The position numbers and the translations under genes were made by a program. The notes beneath the pieces are model-generated. The model was not told where the DNA came from. It did not search any database and saw nothing but the letters and a program-made list of their open reading frames with translations. Positions 51,938 through 63,030 of a DNA stretch of 64,000 bases are shown here, piece by piece. The DNA is from Pelomyxa schiedti. Its lineage: Eukaryota > Protista > Evosea. Where the stretch lies: positions 111,846 to 175,845 of the forward strand of contig JAHLWZ010000721.1 in assembly GCA_020536535.1 (NCBI GenBank), read 5' to 3'. The number at the start of each line of letters is the position of its first letter. The first letter of the stretch is position 1.

Positions 51938-53116
51938 TGTCTCTTGGTGTGTTCCACATTGTTCTTGCTCTCGTAGTCGGGTCTATTGCCTATCCCACAA
52001 TTCAACCTCGCTGGTGTGGGCAGCCTGACGGGTTGTCTGCTGAACCCCTGCCGTACGAGAGGTGGCACTCCTTGTTAATAATCAGGTAAGTGCCTCTTGA
52101 AGAGACACAAAAAAAACCCCTGTATAGAATGTACTTGTATCCATTGAAAATGTTGGTGTTGTTTGGTGGATCACCTTTGTGAACGATTACACAGTGCACA
52201 TCCAGATGACATAGAGGCGTGCATGGGAGGCCTTGTTTATACCCTGACACAAATGGGTGTGAATGTGCATTACCTCATTTTGACCAATGGAGACAAGGGC
52301 TGTGGTAACCCATCCCTGTGTGGTAACTGGACAATGAGTCAGATTGCTGAAGCCAGGGCCCAGGAAGCTATAGACGCTGCTGCTATTCTGGGGGTGCCTT
52401 CATCTAATGTTCACGTTCTTGACTACGAAGGTATGTAGGAAGAATGACTGGGTAGAAAGTAATTCTTAAGTGACGAGAAAGCTAATAATCCACAAGATGC
52501 GGAACTCTCAACTTACACGGAAGTGGATGTACGTAAGCAAATCGTTGGGTGGATAAGAAGTCTCACGCCAGAGGTTGATATTCCTTTTTGTGCATTGAAT
52601 CTATGATTACCACAAGGTTATTATCACATGGTATCTGTATCCCCGTTTCGAAATTCAACCTGGAGATGTATACATGGATCTTGGCTATCATCCAGACCAT
52701 CAGCAAACAGGAAAATTAGTCTTAGAGTCAACATTTGATGCAGTAAGATTCCAAAGAAAGACCCACGTAAAGAACTCTAATCACTTTCAAGGGCATTTCT
52801 CGATTGTACCCAGAACTAGGTGAAAGTCACAACACACTTGAATTCTATATGTGGGAATTCTGCTACCCGTCGCATTACTTCACCATAACTCGTGTCAGTG
52901 AGATTGTCCTTTCTCCACCCCTTGCTAATTCTTCCAAAAATCCAGCAATTACTATCAAAAGCTAGCGAAGCAGAAGCAGCACACACCACACAGTGGCTTG
53001 GACAGGCCGAAGTTGAACTTGGCCTCGGAAGAGTATACAAAGGAACTGCCAAGTTCGCGAATGTTACAGACGAAATGTCTATCGGCTTCACTCAGTACGC
53101 CAAAATCACCTTCTAG
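51938..53116 (+). CDS. PIG-L/LmbE-family N-deacetylase with signal peptide
   Basis: AHPDDIEACMGG, LTNGDKG, ARAQEAIDAAAILGV and HPDH. Hydrophobic N-terminus MSLGVFHIVLALVVGSIA. Confidence 0.88.
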
Positions 53117-53241
53117 AGAAAGAGAGCTGGTGCAAAAACAATAATAACCATCCAACCACACGAGAAAAAATGCCAATCCCAATCAATGAATGCCATTATT
53201 CAGTACAATAGATACAGTTCGCGTGCCAGCTCCCAGTTGTT

Positions 53242-53587
53242 TTAAGACGAGTGCGCATTATGGGAAGGTATGAGTGCATCACACCAAGCAACGTCGCTCC
53301 CTCTCACAATCGCCTCTGGGTACGTGAACATTGGCGTTTTGAGTGTGGTCATAACCAGCTGATCCTGACTCGAATCTATAGCAACAAGCACTCCACTAGC
53401 CTTGGTCCTGTTTCGTGTTGGCTTTGATACGTCTGGAAACAAAAATGGTGATTCAAAGAAAAAACTTGTCGTAGAGCTGGAGAGACACGTCACGACCAAC
53501 GACAGCCAACCAATAACGCATAAACCGCTCTCGTAATCGACCGATGGCCTCGTCCTGTCTCCCCGTCCCTTCCTCAGCGTCACTCAT
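53242..53587 (-). CDS. GEMIN7: Gemin7 (SMN complex Sm-like subunit)
   Basis: LRERFMRYWLAVVGRDVSLQLYDK|TKASGVLVAID..LKTPMFTYPEAIVRGSDV matches the Gemin7 pattern LRERYLR..LQTP...EA.LR.SD. One intron. Confidence 0.85.
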
Positions 53588-53640
53588 TGCACCAAATTGT
53601 AGTTCGGTGATGAAAAAAAAACGAAACTTTTTTTGATAAT

Positions 53641-55513
53641 TTACAAAGCAGACAAAACAATGGAGAGTAGTAACAACAGCAAGCACACAGGCACTGTGGA
53701 TGACATGCTGGGTGATTGGATTACTTCGCATGATGTGAGGTCAGTTCCGCATGCGGCATCTGATGTGGACACAAATGATTGGTCGGTGTAGGGGCTGTCT
53801 CCTGTTTGTGGAGTTTTAGTGTTTAGCGTGATGTAGTTGGGGTTGGGGAGGATTGGTCTGGGTGCGGGTGCGTACCATAGTAATAGAAAACACGGAATCC
53901 GGTAGAGTCAATGTCATAGGCTGGGTCATTGTCACTGTTGAATAGCTGGATAAAGGATTCAGAGGTTGGGTACATTTCCTAAAGAAAAGCCGTGAGGTTC
54001 ATTGGGCGGCACTGTTTTTAAACTCACGGAGACAAGAGGATTCCCTGCGAATGGTAAGCACCTGTCCTTGCAGGAATTGTAAATTCCGTCGGCTGTCACT
54101 GTGTCAACGTAGACGGTAAGGTTGTAGTACCCGTCGGGGTTTTCATCGTAATGAAGAAAGTCGACGGTGTTGGGGTCACACAACCACCCACAGAACAATT
54201 TCTGGGACAATAATCACCTTCGACTTGAGCGGGAACAAAAGAGTGGTACCTGGATATTCCCAAAGCAACAATCAGATCCAAACAAGTAAGAAACTTTCAT
54301 GTCCATGTTAGATTGTAAGTTTTCTTCCTGAATGGTATTACAGCACGCGTCGTCAGCATACCAAGTGCAAAATGTCAAGTTCCGTGGGCCCTGTTTGATA
54401 ATTGTCACTGGTTTAGCTGCGGAAAGCTTGGTGGCATACAGGAACAGCGCTATTAGCACAAGTAGTTTCTAGACAGCCAACTGTATCTGCACCGCATGCT
54501 GCCTTTTGTTTCCGTAAGTTTTTTGCTTCACTTTGATTAAACTCACATATGCTGGGAAGTCAAACATTGCTGCTGTCTCTGATGTTCCAACTTCATACCA
54601 AACTTGGGGGCTCATAGCTGGGAAAAAATGGTTAAGTGCCATTTAACGACAGACAGTCATACGAGTTGGAACATAGCCAGGATAGCGATTGGTACGCATG
54701 GACTCGATAAAGTCAACAGCGTTACCGTAGTATTCCTGCGGCAAAGCTAAGTGGGATAAACAGCAGAAAGAGAACGCACAGCAACAGTCTTGGCTGGAAT
54801 GTTGTAACTTGTAGAGATGCAAATCTCAGAGCATGATTCGTACACAGCTTGAGCAAGTGCTGGACTAACATACCTGTAGAAGAGAATTAAGCACGGGCGG
54901 GCTAGGGAAAAGAAAGGCACACAAGGTAAGATTGGAAATAGAAGTAGCAGGATCCGTTTCCCATACATCAGCTACAGTGCTGCATGAGGCACAATTCCAA
55001 GCACACGCAAGAAGTCTTATATTTTCGTAACAACAGTCTGTTCCCCAAACTGGTTGTAGCTACCAAAATTGGTGAGAAGACTTCGAGAAAGAGAATTCGT
55101 ACTCTATCTGGAATAGTGTTACCCATGCCATCGTCTACTACTTCAGTGCAACAGGCAGTGCCTGTGAATCTGAGCGTAGTTAGCATTTATGGAAACCCTT
55201 GGTAGTAAATTTGCACACTCATGGCAAAAAGTTAAGTCATAGGAGTTCTGAAATGAATTGTTACAACTAGCACGGGAAACCAAAAGCATACAGGCAGAGC
55301 ATCTGTGCGGAAGCAAACATCGCTGAGAGGATTCACAGTTGCACCAGACCCGTCAATGCACCCAGAATAGTCCTGTCCCTAGATATTGCATGCAAGCACA
55401 TGTTTGTCATGATTCTCAAAAACACACAAGGGGAACAAACAGAAAGAATAGGAAGTGCCAACCACAGTTACTGCGACCAAAACCGCAAGAGAAAGCAACC
55501 AAGACAACAGCAT
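53641..55513 (-). CDS. GPI-tailed protein with two tandem folate-receptor/NPC1-NTD-like Cys-rich domains
   Basis: Signal MLLSWLLSLAVLVAV. Repeat 1 is DLTFCH..TACCT..YVSPALAQAVYESCSE. Repeat 2 is NLTFCTWYADDACCN..CGWLCDP..YVDTVTADGIYNSCKD. An in-frame linking exon joins them, and the tail is VCLLLLLLSIVLSAL*. Confidence 0.75.
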
Positions 55514-55918
55514 CTTGTTCCGCAAAGAAGGCAAAGTGGAGAAGGAATAATGAAGGATAAGAGAAAATTATTCTTAAAAACAACCAAATTTCACCGGATT
55601 GTGATTTGCAACAATCGTGCAAGCTGCAGTCTACCGTGCATAGCTTTCTCCGAAGACCAAAAGAAAGATCCTCCTTGGGTCGGTGAGCCTGCCAGTAGCT
55701 GTCTCACTCAGAGAGGGCATTCCCCAGCAGTTATGGATTGCTTCTCCAGCCGAGGCAGGCCACTCAGACAGGGAATCTGCCTCTGGACAGAAATCTGCAG
55801 TTTTGCCTAAAAGTTTCCTTCCCCGAAGAGGCGAATCCAAAAAACAAAAACAAAAACAGAGCCGGTGCACGACACAGACAACGAAGATCTGCCACCAACA
55901 GAAGAGTAAACAAATAAG

Positions 55919-57565
55919 ATGAGTAGTACAACGCCTACACTGCCGCAGCCATCTACTCCAGCACCCCCTCCGCCTGCATCTTCGTCTGCAAGCATTGATG
56001 TTGTCGTAAATGCCATGAGATCTCATCCCGGAGATCCAAACGTACAACACCAGGGTTGCCAGGCTCTGGCTAAATTGTGCACTGATGGTATGTGTTCTTT
56101 CTGAACGTATAGTACCCCACGAATGATTCCGTGCAACGCACTACATTCACGATGCCATGTTTTGGTACTTACTTTGGCAAAAAAAGCTCGAGTTCGTGCA
56201 GTTATGCTAACAACCGGGTGTGTTGACCTGGTACTATCCGCCATGGGAAACCACGTGGCATGTGCCCCTGTACAATTCCATGCTATGTTCGCTCTGGCCT
56301 TACTTTGCACCCAAAGCGGTTTTTCCTCCTTAATGGTCAACTTTTCTTTTCTTACGGAACAATTAGCGAGTTTCCAGCAAGAGCTTGCCAATAGAGGGTT
56401 TATACAGCTCATCCTCGCTGCAATGAAGCAACACCCAACTGACATTAATGTCGTGCATCAGGGGTGTCAAGCAATAGCCTTTTTGTGCAAGCAGAACGGT
56501 TTGTACAACTACTAGTTCATTCCCGTTCAAGTAGAATCACAATGCATAGAACCCATTGCTAAGCTCCTCGGAGGCCCAGCAGTCGAAGTTGTGCTTGGTG
56601 TGATGAACGCTCACCAGCACGATGTCAATGTTCAAAAGCAGGGATGTGTTGCATTGGCGAATCTATGCTGCAACCAAAGTAAGCAAGTTCTCGTAGAGCT
56701 AGAGCTGCTCATGTTTTATAGGCAGCAACACCGGGGTGTTGGTGGCAAAAGGAGGAATTGAAACGGTTTTGCACGCCATGAAAATCAACAGTGCTGATCC
56801 AAACCTGATTCAGATGGCCTGCTTTGTTTTAACTAACATCTGCTTTATTGATGGTGTGTACAACTGCATTTCTTTTGTGGGTAAGAAACATCAATTCTAG
56901 CTGAGAACACAAAGCTTATTGTCGGGAAGGGGGGTGTTGATGTACTTCTTAGTGCAATGAGAGCCCATCCTTCTGATGTAAGCGTTCAACACCAAGGATG
57001 TCAGACGATCTGCCATTTCTGCAGTAGTGGTATGCGTATTAGTGAAGCCTTCAAACGCACTTATTTAATACTTCCTGCAGGAGATACAAACAAGGTGATT
57101 GGGCAACTTGGTGGTGTTGATGTAGTTTTAAATGCAATGCGAATTCATCCTTCCTCCTACGAACTCCAGACGACGGCATGCGAGGCTCTTGTACAACTAT
57201 GTTTCACCAATCGTATGGCCCACTCTTCTCCATTTTGTCTTATCAAAATGAACAGCTGACACCGGGCGTCTTGTTGGTGAGCGTGGCGGAATTGATGTTA
57301 TTCTTCAAGCCATGCGCGCACACCATGCAAATGAAAATGTACAAAAACACGGGTGTCAAGCACTTCTTCACAGCTGTTCCTATGGTTAATTTGCAAACCA
57401 GTATTTGCAACCTTCCGCTGACTTTACGATATTCCAGGTGAGAACCGCAAAATCCTGGTAGCCAAAGACGCCAAGAACACTGTTATTTCCGCAATGCGGT
57501 CACATCCGTCCAACCCCGATATCCAACAACTCGGCTGTGAACTAGTCACGTTGCTTTCGGACTAA
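55919..57565 (+). CDS. Armadillo-repeat protein (~9 repeats)
   Basis: Repeated GG[VI]D[VL][VI]L.AM..HP....VQ.QGC.A[LI]..LC units. Confidence 0.9.
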
Positions 57566-57879
57566 CAAAGCACTACCAACAAAAAATCAAGCTGTTGGAA
57601 AATAGAGGTTTTGTTTTTCAAATATTTTAAATTGAAGTGGAAATGGGGAGGCCTTTTGTGTTGTCTAGTTATCAGCCCAAAGCCATTCCAAATTTGGGTA
57701 AGTGATGCAGAGGAAGGTTTGTCTGGTGAAGAAAGGCTGGTAACCTCAAGTACATAAACACTTAGCCTACTTGAGGTCGAGGAGCCGATGGAATAAAAGA
57801 AACGAAAGTGCAGATACTGATCACACGTCAAAACGGGATAAAAACCAACTTTTTCTCAGTCTTTCCTCAGGTAAAGATG

Positions 57880-58465
57880 GTTTTAGATGCTGAAGAAATA
57901 GCACGCACAGCGACACCAACTTTGCCATGCTGCTTGGATCAGGAAGCGTTTGTTTGTATGCCTTCCAGCAGGCCACTGGGTGGNNNNNNNNNNNNNNNNN
58001 NNNNNNNNNNNNNNNNNNNNNNNNNNNNNNNNNNNNNNNNNNNNNNNNNNNNNNNNNNNNNNNNNNNNNNNNNNNNNNNNNNNTTCCTCAGGTAAAGATG
58101 GTTTTAGATGCTGAAGAAATAGCACGCACAGCGACACCAACTTTGCCATGCTGCTTGGATCAGGAAGCGTTTGTTTGTATGCCTTCCAGCAGGCCACTGG
58201 GTGGCCAAAGAAGAAGAGCATCTGGAAGTATCCTCATTGACTGGAGCTTGTATATGCAGGATTCTCAAAGGTCCATCTTGGGGGTCTATTCCTGTTCCAG
58301 GCGGTCTTGTGCTTTGGGGATACTGTTATTAGTATTGGGTAGTGGTCGGAAGCACTCACTGGATTCCCATGTAGTCACTTGAGGACTAGTATCGCTGAGA
58401 GTTGTAACCGCTGGCACGGTCGAGTGTGTAGCAGGTTCCATTCTGGATGTGTGTTGGAGATTTCG
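57880..58465 (-). mobile_element. Possible decayed non-LTR retrotransposon APE endonuclease fragment
   Basis: Frameshifted motifs in the expected order: PTHIQNG..TLDR, ASDHYPILITV, RPPRWTF, WKAYKQTL. Confidence 0.4.
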
Positions 58466-58472
58466 AGTCAAC

Positions 58473-58590
58473 TGGTGCTCTGCATCGCACCAATAAATAA
58501 ATGATCTCGGATATCATCTGGGGGTTGTGCTTCCTGTCTTCGTCATTGGCACTGTCGAGGGTACAAATACAATCACGCATGATCCAAGCT
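58473..58590 (+). pseudogene. Short inverted fragment of the Trk gene
   Basis: Reads NDLGYHLGVVLPVFVIGTVEGTNTITHDPSF. It is the reverse complement of 60300-60416 and of 6700-6805. Confidence 0.85.
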
Positions 58591-59435
58591 TCGCTCGCTT
58601 TTTAATTCCTATTTATTACTGGGTGAATACCGAGTCAAGAGGGGAAAACCTACCTTGATGTTTGCTGTGTAACGGTTCCTGTGGGTTGAACAGAAGCGGA
58701 GGTGACATTGGTGAGAGTAAAAAAAAAAAAAAAAAAGTTTGCCCTTTTAGGATGGCGGTGGGAATGCTCTCTCCATAGATTGGCGAAGTAAAAACTACCA
58801 AAAGCCCCTGAGGGGAGGGATGGCATGCAGGAACCAGCAGAGAAACATGAAAGGAAGCTGAACAGCCGAAGCGTTTCCCCCCTCCATCCAAAAATTGAAA
58901 AGAGGGCGTTTCTCGCGGCTGTTCGTGATAAAAAAAAAAAAAACACACACGCACTCCCCAACTTGTTCGTTGGGGAATGGGATGATCAGTAGATCAGTGG
59001 CGCGTTTGCGCATGCACCCAGAACGCCTGCTTGTCCGCACATACTCCCACTCGCACACCTCCTTCGCCTTTTTTTTTTTTTTCTCATCCTTCGCGGAATG
59101 AACACTCGGAGGAAAGACGATGTCTTCTTCAGAAGAAGATCAGTGGGAGAAGGATACCCACCCAACAACCTGTGTGCGCCATCATCCCAGACACAAGACT
59201 GATTGTCTTTCATTTTTGTGTGGAACTTTGTTTTTCACCCACAAGTACGGTTCGGGAAAGAAATCGGCATGGAACACGGGACGAAGATGACTGAAATTCA
59301 TGTGAGGGTGGGAGGGGGGGTGACCAGAATCGGTATCGGAGGTGGAATCCTTTCCCGGTAACCGGTCTCACAAAACACGGGCGCAGACCACGTCGCTCGG
59401 AGGCGAGTTCCCCACGTCCATGCCATCCCCGTGGG

Positions 59436-60965
59436 TCAAATCACCTGGTCGCCCAAAGGCCTCCCCCCTCACCTTTTTTTTTCTTTCTTTTTCGGTTTTC
59501 TTTTTGGGTTTTGCTTGTTATTCTCTATCATTTTCGAATTAATTAAAAAAACAAAAACAAAATGACAACAAGCAATTTTTGTGTGATTGTGCTTGCTTGT
59601 GGGTGTGGGCTGGATGTTTTTTGGATCCTTGATCTTGATTTCTTGGTGCTGTGCAAAGATGGGCTTGCTTACTTACCTTAATGGGAACGAATTTATTATC
59701 CCTGTACTTTGGTGGCAATGATTGGGTATTTGTGTGTGGTTCTGGAATTAGCCTGGTGTTATTGAGTACTCACAGGTTTCGCGGTTTGCTGCCAAGTGGC
59801 CTGGCCTGGCCTGGCTTTGAAGAAGGGGTGTGTGTGGCTGCCAAATTTTGTGGGAAGAAGTTGCTACTCTGAGGAACACTGCAGACACCTATTAGGTTGG
59901 TGGTGATACTTCCTTGAGGAGCATTGACACCCACAAACACAGTGAAACTGCAGGTTGTGGTGTATGCTGGAACTCCAATCTAGACAGACATTGGTCAATG
60001 AGTGGTCCGGGAATCCTTGGGTGGTGCCCAAAGAGCATGCATTCAGAATAGTAGTATATTAAGAAATTAGTTTGGAAGACGTGTGCCAGGTTCCACTGAA
60101 GCCTGAACGCGCTTTGTTGGGGCATCTTGGGAGTAGAAATTATTAATAAGCCAAATTTAGGAGAACGAAAAAAAAAAGACCTCGAAGATAATCCGACGGT
60201 GATTGGCACGGTCGGAAATAACTTCAAGGAGTACCTAAGGTTATCAATAGTGGTCAACTATGTATGGGTACACATATAAATACCTTAAAAGGTGAGTGAA
60301 GTTTGGATCAGACGTGATTGTAGTTGTACCCTCGACGGTACAAATGACGAAGAAAGGAAGCACAACCCCCAGAGGATATCCAAGATCGTTTTGTTTCTTG
60401 GTGAGATCGAGCACACCTGCAGGAAAAAGATTACCTTGATAAGCCCCCACAACAAGTGGATGCACACGTGAATAATCTGATGAATACACCCAGGTGTTTG
60501 CACATCCACACGGTCACCCCTTCCTTCATGCAAGAGTCATCACTACTGTCATGGGGTATGTTGACATTCAGCAATATAATAGCAGTCACGACAAGCATTG
60601 CCAATTTATTTAGTTTAAATGCTAGCAAAACAACCCGGTTGCATCCAGTTCCAACACTGTCAAAGTATATTAGTACGGATGAGGAGTGAACAACGTTGAA
60701 TGGGAAATAGAGGGGGCAAGTACATTGTAGTAGCCCTCTCTGAATCTTTCACCACGCGAGAGCCAGAACAGTGATAGCCAATAAATAGTGTACCATTGAA
60801 GCAGGCTTACCGTATTCTTCCCTCCAGCATTGTAATGCCGGTGGGAAGAATTGTGGAGGGTATTGGGGGCTGAGGTTTTTGAGGGTCACCCCCCCTAGTA
60901 TGCAATCAAATCACCTGGTCGCCCAAAGGCCTCCCCCCTCACCTTTTTTTTTTCTTTCTTTTTTT
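59436..60965 (+). repeat. ~57-bp direct repeat pair (59436-59492 and 60906-60965)
   Basis: TCAAATCACCTGGTCGCCCAAAGGCCTCCCCCCTCACC followed by a T-tract is identical at both sites. Confidence 0.9.
59975..60688 (-). pseudogene. Unprocessed, frameshifted copy of the Trk 3' region
   Basis: Colinear with 6415-7157 including introns. Frameshifts are present (LKLFPTVPITVGLSS, HHPRIPG) and there is an internal deletion. Confidence 0.9.
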
Positions 60966-62769
60966 TTTTTTGGTATTTATTCCAACCATTTTCCTTTCGA
61001 CATCCAAGGTGGTTGAAAGGAGACACGAAACGGGTCAAAACAACCACCTGAAAGGGAGGATAGTTTCTTCGCATACCACCCATGGCTCTTAAAAGATTAA
61101 TAGCTCCATACAGTGTGGCTTGCTTGCCTGGTGTTTTGTGTGTGAGGAGTGATGGGCGAAGGATTAAGGGAATCTTGGTGTGATGATTGGGCGCCAAGTT
61201 GGCCAACTAATTATGGCCATTCACCGGAACCAGCGAGTTCAAGCTAACAGACCCCAGCCAACCGACCCACCTTATAAACCCCTCTGTATTGTGTAAATAG
61301 TTAAGACAAAGTTGTGAGAGAAACAAACACAACACATGAGAACAACAACACTATTCAGCCCACAACGTCCCTCTCCCAGACCACCACTCTTACATGTGCA
61401 ATGTGAGGTTGCTCGTGCCTTCGGCCCAACAGCTTCCCTCCCTGTTCCAGCGGATTCGGGGTAGACTGCCCAGAAATCCATCCGTTATTAGAACCGTTAC
61501 AAACATCGCCCATTTCCACACGGCATGTGTTGTGTGGAGCACCCATAATTCCATTGCAGGTGGCAGCGCGCTCATCTCCCTAGCTAGAATCGACACCGCC
61601 ATCGTCGCGAGAAGCAGCTTGGCCAGCGGTTCCGGTTCCGTTTTTGGAGCAGGCTCCATTCCGAAATTGAGCGGGATTTCTCACTTCGGAGGGAGTGCCG
61701 TCGCCCACACTGGCGCCGCGCGCGCGCCCAACGAGAACGAGAACTATGCCTCTGCCTCGGCACCTCTCTATGAATGGAACCGCCTCTGGTCACTAATGTT
61801 CAACTAAGTGTTCCCCTTTATTCAAGGATCACAGCTGGCTTGTCTGTCGACAAGAAAAACTTTCGTCTTCCTGCTTGCTCTCTGTCCCTCCTCGTGAGGG
61901 ATATCAATCATACCACGGATATAATTGATATATGGTGCCCACTTTTTTTTGATGATCATCTTTCAGCTACTACGTGAAGACTACAACCATCTCAATCTGA
62001 GGGTGTCATCCTAAAGTTGGCCCAGCACAGAGCGTACGACACCTTTATTTCAGCGAAGAATTCCAACAGCTTGGTCATGGTCATGGACTTGTCTACTATT
62101 GCAACCTTGCTAGAACCAGCAATCCGAATATCTTTCAATCCAGCAATTTGCGTGATGCTCGGTTGCGGTTATGCTAACTTACTATCCACTAGTTTAGCTT
62201 TTCGACGCTAAATTAGGTCCAAGCACAGCGTGTCTCTCAGTATGACCAACTCGGGAATCACAGTCTCCTTCACATGTGTTCGACCTCGAAAACAAGTTTT
62301 TCTGAAGCCTTTGTGCTTTGTAAAAACAACAATTGGAACCTTTGTCCACGGCTGGCTGGGCTCATACAACAAGCAAGAATTCGAGTCAAGAACCTTTCGG
62401 CACAGAACCCAAATGTAGTTTTTCCACCTCCGATCTAAAAATATCTTGACTTAAAAAAAAATAGGTGGACTCCACTCCGGTTACGTTGATGAACTGGAGA
62501 CAGCTGTGGACCAGACTAACATAACTGGACCCCAGGAACACACCTGGATATGGTTTAAACTCACCATTATTGTTTCTCTTCTCAACGTTTAGCACTATTT
62601 GTAGATCAAGTTCTTTGTTCCGAAAAGCAATGTGCTCTTTGAGGAGGAGATTCTCAGAGAAAAACTGGAAGAACAATCAGTGCTTAGTTGTTTTTCTTGG
62701 GTTCATAGTTCAGTCCTATGTATGTGTATTGCATCACATAAGTTTTCTCTTATGTAACTTAAGGGACAA

Positions 62770-63030
62770 CGAGAAGAGGTTTGCTGCTGATGATCTTGCT
62801 TTTTCCCCGCAAATGAAAATAATACCCCATATTTATGGCTTGCCTCTTCTGACCAGCTCTCTCGTTTTTCCGCTGCTCTCAGTATTGCCGGGGATATTGT
62901 TCAATGGATCAAGGTGTTTTTCATTATTTTGGCAAACTTAAACCAATCCAATAACGTAAATTGGTAGACCTTCTTCGACTGGTGTCACGAATTCCCAGCA
63001 GAAGTCCGTTCTCTTACATGGGATCACACT
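62770..63030 (+). mobile_element. Possible decayed non-LTR reverse transcriptase fragment
   Basis: FAADDLAF, FGKLKTNP and PFSYMG occur in the order of LINE RT motifs (YADD, GLKIN, FKYLG), across frameshifts. Confidence 0.35.

Noticed and set aside
53953-55186. Two separate folate-receptor genes
   Set aside because: A linking exon (AACGADTVGCLETTCANSAVP) appears to join them in frame, with one signal peptide and one tail.
57863-58204. Duplicated segment across an N gap
   Set aside because: Exact 121-bp duplication; artefact.
58473-58590. Minus-strand WIMRDCICTLD as a degenerate GDFN motif of an APE endonuclease
   Set aside because: It is the antisense of a Trk gene fragment.
61390-61810. 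GC-rich short ORFs on both strands
   Set aside because: No recognisable motif or splice-supported model, so they cannot be supported as a gene.
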